Shown piece after piece: positions 23,475 through 32,400 of a stretch of 64,000 nt of DNA. The DNA comes from an uncultured virus (IMG/VR IMGVR_UViG_3300030109_004684) (Duplodnaviria > Heunggongvirae > Uroviricota > Caudoviricetes > Crassvirales): the IMG/VR virus record IMGVR_UViG_3300030109_004684, one strand, 5' to 3'. Under the pieces are notes generated by a model, which had not been told where the DNA came from, did no database searches, and worked only from the letters and a program-made list of their open reading frames with translations. Numbering within the stretch: the first letter of the stretch is position 1; each line of letters begins with the position of its first letter. Both the position numbers and the translations under genes were made by a program.

Positions 23475-26400
23475 TTAATCATGATAATAACATTTACCAG
23501 ATTTGTTTGACGTTTTCATTTTACATCTATCACCATCTGATTTTATTTGACTACACTGCACCTTAGTACCATCTGCTCTTTGTTCTACTTTATCGTGTAT
23601 TGTACAATAGTTTTTACCAGGTAAAGCTTCATTTTTACATCTTTCACCTTTTCTATTTATAGCTATACACCCACCATCTTCTTTTTTCTTATTCTCTTCT
23701 TCTTTAACTTTATTTTCTTCTTCTTGTTCTTTTTTCTTTTCTTGTTTCTTTTTATCAGATTTTTCTTTTCTTTGTTTGTCTTTGTCTTTTTTAATTTCTT
23801 CTTCAATAGCTATTATATCTTGATCTTCAATACCTAAGTCCCACGTATTCCAACCTAACAACAAAGCTATTCTTTCAACCATTGAAATATCTTCTGTGAT
23901 AGCGGCGTCTATATTATCTACTTTTTTAACTAAACGGTCTAAAGGTATATTTGTTACACCAGATATAACATTTGCAAGAGCACTATACACAGGGTTGTCT
24001 ATATCTAACAAATCCATTTTCTTTATAACATCTTCATTAAATTTTTCTGTTTGTATACCAGAGTATATTTTTCTAAGCTTAGATCCTATAGTAGGAGAAA
24101 AACTAACTAACTGCAACATTGTATATGTATGATCAGCGCCCCAGCCTTTATTTTTTTGTTTTAAATATTCTCTTATACTATTTTTAATAGTAACAACAGC
24201 GTTACCACCAAAACCTAAACCACCAAGTACAGAATCAAGCATACCGTTTAAAACTCTTTCATATGTTTTAGCATCTTTTTCCTCGTCATCATCACCAACT
24301 AAGGCACCTAACGCCGCTTGTAAACCGTTGAATATTAAATTTTGAACCATACCGTAGTATATTATTTTACTAAGATTTGATTTAAAATCTCCTCTACCGT
24401 TTTTAATATCTAAAAAAGCTTTTTTCATTAACCTAGCGTACTGCATAGGTGTGTTTTTAAATGCTAATATATATCTACCAAGGGGTGACGCTTGTTGTTG
24501 TGATATTAAATCTGGTCTTGAAGACTGTTGTGATTCTTCTGCTATTTCCTGAAAGTCATTAAACGCTTTTGCTTGTGCCTCTTGTTGTGATAAACCTTGT
24601 TTTAAATAAGTATTAACTCTGTTTCTATAAAACGTAGCGCCACCACTAGCAATAGCAAAACTATCCGCTATTTGTGTAGGCAAAAAACCTTTTGTTAACA
24701 ACCAGTTTAAAGCTGCTTTAGCTTTGTTTGTTGAGCCAGCAATAGCAGCTGCAAGCTCGGCTTCGTTAATACCTCTTTGATTACCAGCACGTCTTTGCTT
24801 TAACATGTCGGAATTAAATATCATGCTAAAATCTTTCCAAAATTGTTTTTGATTAGCAAATGCAGTTGCTGCTTTTAAAGGATTATTATCTGACCAGTTT
24901 ACAAAGTTTATAGACGATATAGTTTGTAGTAAAGCAGACCTCATATTAAAGAACATGATAGCACCAACAGACTGATTAGCCCAGTTGTTAAACGCATTAA
25001 CAAGTTTATTTTTACCTTGCTCTCTTTTTCTACCATACTCCATACGGTATAATATATCTTGCAAAGCATCTCTGTAGTTAGTACCATATAGAGCTTCTAG
25101 TTTGTTCATGTTTTCACCAACTAGATTATCGCCCTGCCACTCACCAAATATTTTAGCTCTATTTTGTTTAAACTCTGCTAGGTGCTCATCTCTTGTTACC
25201 TCGTTGTTTAAAGTTTGTATATCACTTAATATGTTTTCAACTAACCAAAACTCCGTAGGTGGTGTATAACCAACAGGTTGATTCATTAATTTACTTAATT
25301 GCTCAGAAAAAGCTTTTAAACCATCACTTGCGCTAACCCAAGACGTAAGTCTATTTAAATCAGTTTGCGATAAACCAGGTACATCATAACCAGCTTTGTT
25401 CCACAAATAAACTCTAACAGCTTGCTCTTGTGTAAACTGCGTACCGGGTACGTTTTCTTTTAATTGTTTTTTAACTTCTGGAAAAGCTTTTAATATTTGT
25501 CTATATGAACTTTGTACTTGTTGTGTACTTCTGTTTATATTTGTGTAAGCTCTAGCAAAAGGATCTAATAATGATCTTTTAAAAAATGCAATATGTTGTT
25601 CACCTTGTCTACCTTTACCAACAAGCCTATATAATAAACCTTTAAAATCTTCTGCTGATGGTGGTACAAAGAAATTAAATCTACCTTTTTTACTACCACG
25701 TATTTTAGCTTGAGCATTTGAATATCTTTTTTCAGCAGCATCACCCATTGTTTGCTCTATAATTCTGTTTAAATCAAGCTCTTGACCAGTTTGACCATCT
25801 ATTTGTCTACTAAATTGATCAGGCATTGATCTACTAAAATTTATTCTAGCTTGTACAGAACTACCTTTTATATCTAATTGATCCATTATGTTAGCAACCG
25901 CTTCAACATTTGGCAACGCGTCATCAACAAAATAAACATCATTATAACCTTGAGAAAATTTATCAGCTATCCACAATGCTTTTGCTTCACCTGTACTATT
26001 ACCTAAACCTGTTATATTTTCTATAGGCATATCAATACCCTGTGTTTCTAACCAAGCTTTAATAGCTGGAGCAGATTCTGGAGGTCTAGCTGTTAATATA
26101 TAGTTGTTTTCAATACCATATTTTTCTATTCTGTTTCTAAGCTTTTGCATTAGCGGTCCTTCAACACCGCCTCTTACGTTTACAAAATCTGTAAAATCAA
26201 ACTCGTAGCCTTGCTCAGCTAACAAAGGCCCTTGTATAGGCCATTGTGCAGATCCTATTCTAACAACATCATCTCCTCTTTTTGCTATAATAAAATTATC
26301 ACCTTTGTCAATTAATGTTTCATCAAAGTCAAAAGCAGACATACCTCTTGCTGGTGTATTTTCATCAATAGTACGACTAAGTTGTACAGCTTTGGTTACA

Positions 26401-29400
26401 ACTTTATCATTTCTAGACTGAGCACCAGTCATTCTTACAACTTCGTTTATAGCTTGTATTATACCATCTGTTTCAGACAAATAGTCAACAACGTTTTTAC
26501 CAGAAAAATGATATATACCTTTGTCTTTTCCTTTTGTAAATTTAACTAATCTATAATCGGCTTCTAAACTTGTTTTGTTATCTACCTCTTTACCAGCAAT
26601 ATTTACTTTTGCATCAATAAATTCTGGTGATGCTAGAACTTTTGTTAACCAACCCGACTCGTGATTAAAACCTACATTGTCTAGACTTATTGACTGACCA
26701 TTACTATAAACATGTGAAACTAATTCCGCGTTAGAAGTAGCAGAAGCACCGACGTGTTCGTTTTTAAACAACAAATCATTTATTGTAGCAACTTCTACAG
26801 CTGCTTTCATAGATATATCTTTGCCTATTTCCACTGACTTATTACCAACTTTTACTTTACCGGCTTGCCCTAATAGTTTTTCGTTTTTAGTTTTAAACTC
26901 TTGCCACTCTGTTGTTTGTTCCCATGAAGATATATAGTTATTCCAATCATTACTTGTGTAATATTCTTGATTACTTCTTTTGTTTACGTCTGGTTTTTTT
27001 AGTAAAACTTTTTTACCAGATCTATTTGTTGAAAATGGTAATTGTAAACCGTCTGTAAGATAAACATATTTAAAAGAAGACAATGCTCTTAGGCCTTCAA
27101 CTATATTTGTTTGAACTTGACCAAGAGTAAACACAAATTGAGCATCTATAGTGCCATCTCTATTATAAGCTTCTTTCATTTTAGCAGCAACGTACCTAAA
27201 CGCTATATGATTTGCTTCATTTATTTTTGCTATTTCATCTTGAAGCTCTGTCATTTTTGCTAGTTTAGCTGCTCTGGTTGAATTACCGTTTTCGTCTGTA
27301 GCAAAATGTATTTCTTCTAGTATTTTTTTTATTCTACCATCAAACACCATTGGTTGAATATTTTTTAAAGCTTCTAAATCACCACGTTTAAAACCATTTC
27401 TCTCTAAAAACTCTAACTCTGCTTGCTCATTAAATTCTTGGCTTCTGTTTTCAATAGCAGTAACATTTTCAACATGATCTTTTTTATTGAGTGTTCTACC
27501 TTGTTTATATCCTAGTAAAAATAATAACGTTTTAGTTGGAAAGTTAGGGTGAAAAGACATACCTAAATCTCTTGTTTGGTTAGAATATTTTTCTATATAA
27601 GATTTATTTTTAGGATCTTTAGGGTTTATTTTACCACCTTTCCATATCGCCCTAGCACCTTGAGTTTCAATTAATTCTTTAATAGCAGTAGGTGTAAACT
27701 TATCATCTCTTACAAAAGGTATGTAATTTTTACCAGCACCTAAACTTTCGTTTACGTTTTGTAAAAATTGATCCACAAGTGTTGCTACTTCAGGATATAC
27801 ACCTGCCATATAATCGTATTGCTTAGGATCTTGTCTTAAAGCCATTATCATTAAAGTGGCTACATCTGCTTCTCTTTGATTATAACCTGGCTCTATTTCG
27901 TTTGTAACAGGGTTTACATCGTTATCAACAGCTGTTCTAGAAAATACTAAATTAGATTTACCGTTTGCTATTTCATTAATTTGTTCTTGTGGTATACCTT
28001 TTTGTTCTAAACGATTTCTAACTTGTTGGTTTGTTGCTACTCTACCATGTTGTTCAATTAGTGCTTTTACTCTTTGACTAACATTGCTTTCTTTACCTGT
28101 TATATTTATTTCACCAGCTGGCGTTATACCAAATACGTTTAAAAACTCTGTAACACCTATATCAGTTCTTTTACGTTGCGGAAATAAATTACCAACTCTT
28201 TTACCTTTAATATAAAAAGGTTCTAATAAAACATTTTGTACACCAGTAGCTTTTGTAGGTCTATTATTTTTATCAGTCATAAACCCTTGTGGTAAACTTA
28301 TTTTTAACGTAGACGCATGTTTGCTAATATAAGGCTGTAAAGCTTTTATATCTTGCTGGTTTAAATTGTCATTGTTAGTTAACTTTTTTAATATACCATC
28401 TACAATAGGTGTTCCAAGTTGTCTTTTACCTTTAGTTGTTTTCCAAAACGGACTACCGTTGTCGACATAAACTTTACCATAAGCACCATTGACCATTTGA
28501 TCATTAACCATACGCTCTATGGTTTTTCTAGGATTTAAATCTTTTAAAGTTTTATATGTTTTACTAGTATATATACTTGGGTCTTGGTCTATTTGATTAT
28601 TTATATCTTCATTATACTCGTTAATTTGTCTTTTTAAATTTTCATTAAAAGGATCATTTTGAGTAAGCTTGTTGGTAACCACTATTTGACCAGCTGCAAA
28701 TTGATTGTCTTCGTTTAAATCAGCTTCTTGAGCTTCGGTTTCTTGCAAAGAACCTTGAGCTTCTTCAAACTGTTGTTTAAACATTTTATCTTTAGTAATT
28801 TTAGATATAGCTTCATAAGCTCTAACTCTAAAATATTTATTTATATAAGCAGCTATATTTCTATATTTTTGTTTTTCAACTTCAAAATCTCTTACTAAAC
28901 CTAAAACATTTCTAGCTTTATTTTTACCGTCACCTGGGTCATATAACATTTCTGCTATAACATCTTCCTTGTTGTTAATTAATATATCTCTTATTTGTTG
29001 TGATGGCGCTGTTGCTACAGCTACTTCAAATCTAACCTCTGCCATGCCTCTGTACTCTTCAGCTATTAAGCCAGCTTTTTCATCTACAGACATGTTAGGG
29101 TCTGCGTATATATCATTAACTCTTTGTACTAATCTTTCTCTTTGTTCGTTGCCAAACTCTTCGTTTACCGCTGCTTCAGATCTTGAAAATTGAGTTCTAG
29201 AAAGTGGTCTTGCTGGGTCTTCCAATATAGGCGTTGTTTCTGCATAAAGCTTTGAACTAGACGTAGCCATATCTACAAGTTGATCACTAAACTTACCTTC
29301 AATAGCTTGTTTGTTATAAGTATTTAAAAAATCTAAAAGCTGTTGAGGTGTTTTTATGTTAATGTCAATTACTTCGTGTACGTCTTCTTCTACTTTTGTT

Positions 29401-32400
29401 TTCAAAAAGTCCTTAAAATAATCTACAACTTTTCTAACAACTGATCTATTATCTGGTTGAGTTATATCAATTTTTAATTCACCTTTTTCAGAAACAACTA
29501 AATCATGATAATGTGTTAAATATTCTTCTGCATAAACTTCAAACGGTAGTTCTGCTCCGTTTTCTTTATCAAAGTTTTCATTTTTATATCCGTTTCTATA
29601 AACAACTGTTTCTAATTTATTTCTATGATCTGCCGGTAGTAAATCTAAAAATCCTTGTATTAATTTAGCGCCTTCTTCTGTTAATCTTGTTTGGTAGTTT
29701 CTGCCGTCAGGACCTTTAACTGTTCTTATAGGACCGTTTAAAACAGAAAATAAAACCATATGTAATAGCTCGTGTGACGCAGCTGTGTTTCTTTTATACT
29801 TTTTAGCCATGTCTTTGTTAACAACCACTACTCTTTCAGGTTTACCATCTCTAACAATTTCATGTATAAAAGCATTAACGCCTTCTTCAGCGAACACCTC
29901 GTCTAATTCACCAGCAGCAACAGCTTCATCTATTTGTTCTTGAGTTAATGCAGCCATACCAAGACCTGCTTGCCCTAAAACATCTTGAACAGCACCAAGG
30001 TTTCTTTGTATTTCTTGATCTTCAAGTGATTTTAACGCTTGGTTTTCTCTACCTTTTATAATCATACCACCAGCTTGCTCGTCTAGTTCATAACCTCTAC
30101 CTTGAAGCTCTATTAGTTTTACAGCATTTTGTAAATCATTTATACGGTTTGTATTTGGATTTTTTTTACGTCTTTCTTCTAGTAACTCTTGTCTAAGTTG
30201 GCTTATTGTTTTGCCTTGATTGTCAGGGCTTGTTAAAAATTCTGAAGTTTCTTGAACATCGTTAGCACTCATTAAAACCTCGCCTTTTTTAAACAAACTT
30301 TTACCAGTTAAATCATTAACCATACCAGCTACATAAGCTGCTTTTTTAGAATTAACTTTATTGCTTATACGTATTTTAGGTACTTTACCTTTATCAAAAT
30401 AACCATTTGCTTTTGCCTTTTGTAAGGCCGCTATAAATTTAGAAGCACTGTTAAAATGCTTGCCATTAAACTCATATAAAGAAGCTTTTTCTCTAAGATC
30501 ATTACGTTCTTTTATAGCTTTTTGTATTTTAACTTTTAAATCTTGTCTTTTCTTAGAACCAAGTTCAGAATTTTTCCATTGAGCTTTTAAGTTTACTACC
30601 TGAAACTCTTTAGCTTGTTGCTCTCTTGATACATAACCAGTCTCAACTGTTTTAGCTACTCTTTTTATATCTAGCTCTACATTTTTTAAATCTCTTCTTA
30701 ACTTTTCTGTTTGCGTAGGATCTGTACTTTCTTTGATTGATTTTTGTAATTCATTTTTAGCGTATAACAAACTTAACGTTTCTTGTCTTTCTATATTTGT
30801 CATGTTAGCATATTGCTCTGGATCAATGCTATTTTTAGCTAAATTAAAGCCATTAACAGTTTGCATTATGTTCATGTAGTTGTCTGCGTCTATATCACCG
30901 TTGTTATATCGCTTTAACATTTCACTACTAAAACCATCAAAATCTTCTATAGCTGCAGTATATAAACTTGAATCAGGTTTACCTCTTCTAAAACCCCTTG
31001 TTCTTACCGCACCCATTGAAAGTATAGAGGCAGGTGTAATTAAACCTAATTCTTTAAAACTATCAAGTCCTGGTAATTCAAAGTTTGTATTGTATTTTTG
31101 ATTACGATAAGCATTGTGTAAACCACTAGCAGCTTCTTGTGAAAATTCTTCTAATATTTCTGCGGGTATTTGTTTAATACTTTGTTTAAAAAGATTAATA
31201 GTTTTAGTAGCATTAGTACCATTTTTCCATAACTTGTAATTACCCCAGCCAGGTGTTTGCTTAAATTTATTTAATTTTGGAAACATAGCAATATCAGGAT
31301 TAAACATCTCTATAGCAGACTCTGTTGCTGTTTTCCAAAAAGCTCCTTTCATAGCATCTTCAGCTGTAAAATCATCATCTATTTGTGATACTGCTTCTTG
31401 AACGTTTTTAGGAAAAATAACAAGACTAGAACCACTAAACTGTGCTGCTCTATTTGCTATTTGTGCTTTTGAAGAAAGTTTACCAATTCTATTAATAGCT
31501 GGATTTAGTTTTGTTAAGCCAACAGTTGGAATTTTAAGAGTTTTACCTAGTCTAAGGGCAGTTTTACTAGCAAGTTTAGATGTTGCACTTACAGCTCCTT
31601 TTATAAGTCCACCAGTCCTCATCATCATGACCATGTCTACAACCACAGCGGCTGTTGTTGGTGCTATATTAGTCCATTGTATTTCGCCAGTTTCTTCGTC
31701 TATAACACTTCCTTCACCAACAGCATCCCATGTTACTTGTTCAGCACCAAGGCTATACATGTTATATACTTGAGCTCTACCTTTAGCGTCTTTACCCATA
31801 CCTACTAATCTTGGTACTTCCGCCTCAATCATACCCGCTAAACCAAATACAGTATTAGCAAGAGCACCCCAACCACTTTCAGCTATATTTGCTATTTGCC
31901 AACCTACATGACCGTTTTGTGCTTTATGAAGTCTTTCTTGTTTTTTCATTTCATCATCATAAAGCTCTTTAGCTATATTTTTTATACCATAAGGTTCGTC
32001 TTTGTTTGGTGTTATTAAATTATTAAACGATTGTATAAGATTTTGATCTTTTTCTACTAAATCATTGTATTTATTAAATAGCTCTTGGTTATACTCGTTA
32101 TTAGCAGTTTCATTGTAAACACCAACAAAATGCTCCAACATCTTGCTTTTACCATTTATATCTGCAGATAGCTCTTCTAGTTTACTTTTACTTTCTTCAT
32201 CGTCTTTTACTTTACCAGATTTAATATCTTCTTGTAATGTTTTGTATTCTTCTAACAAAGACTTTACATCAGTATCAAGCTCAGCAACAACAGCCGAGCT
32301 AGAATCTAAAGAGTTTGACGCGCTAATAATACCAGCGTCAGCGTAATTGTTTACTACTTCTCTGTTTTTACCTATACGATCAGTAAGGTACATTTGTAAA

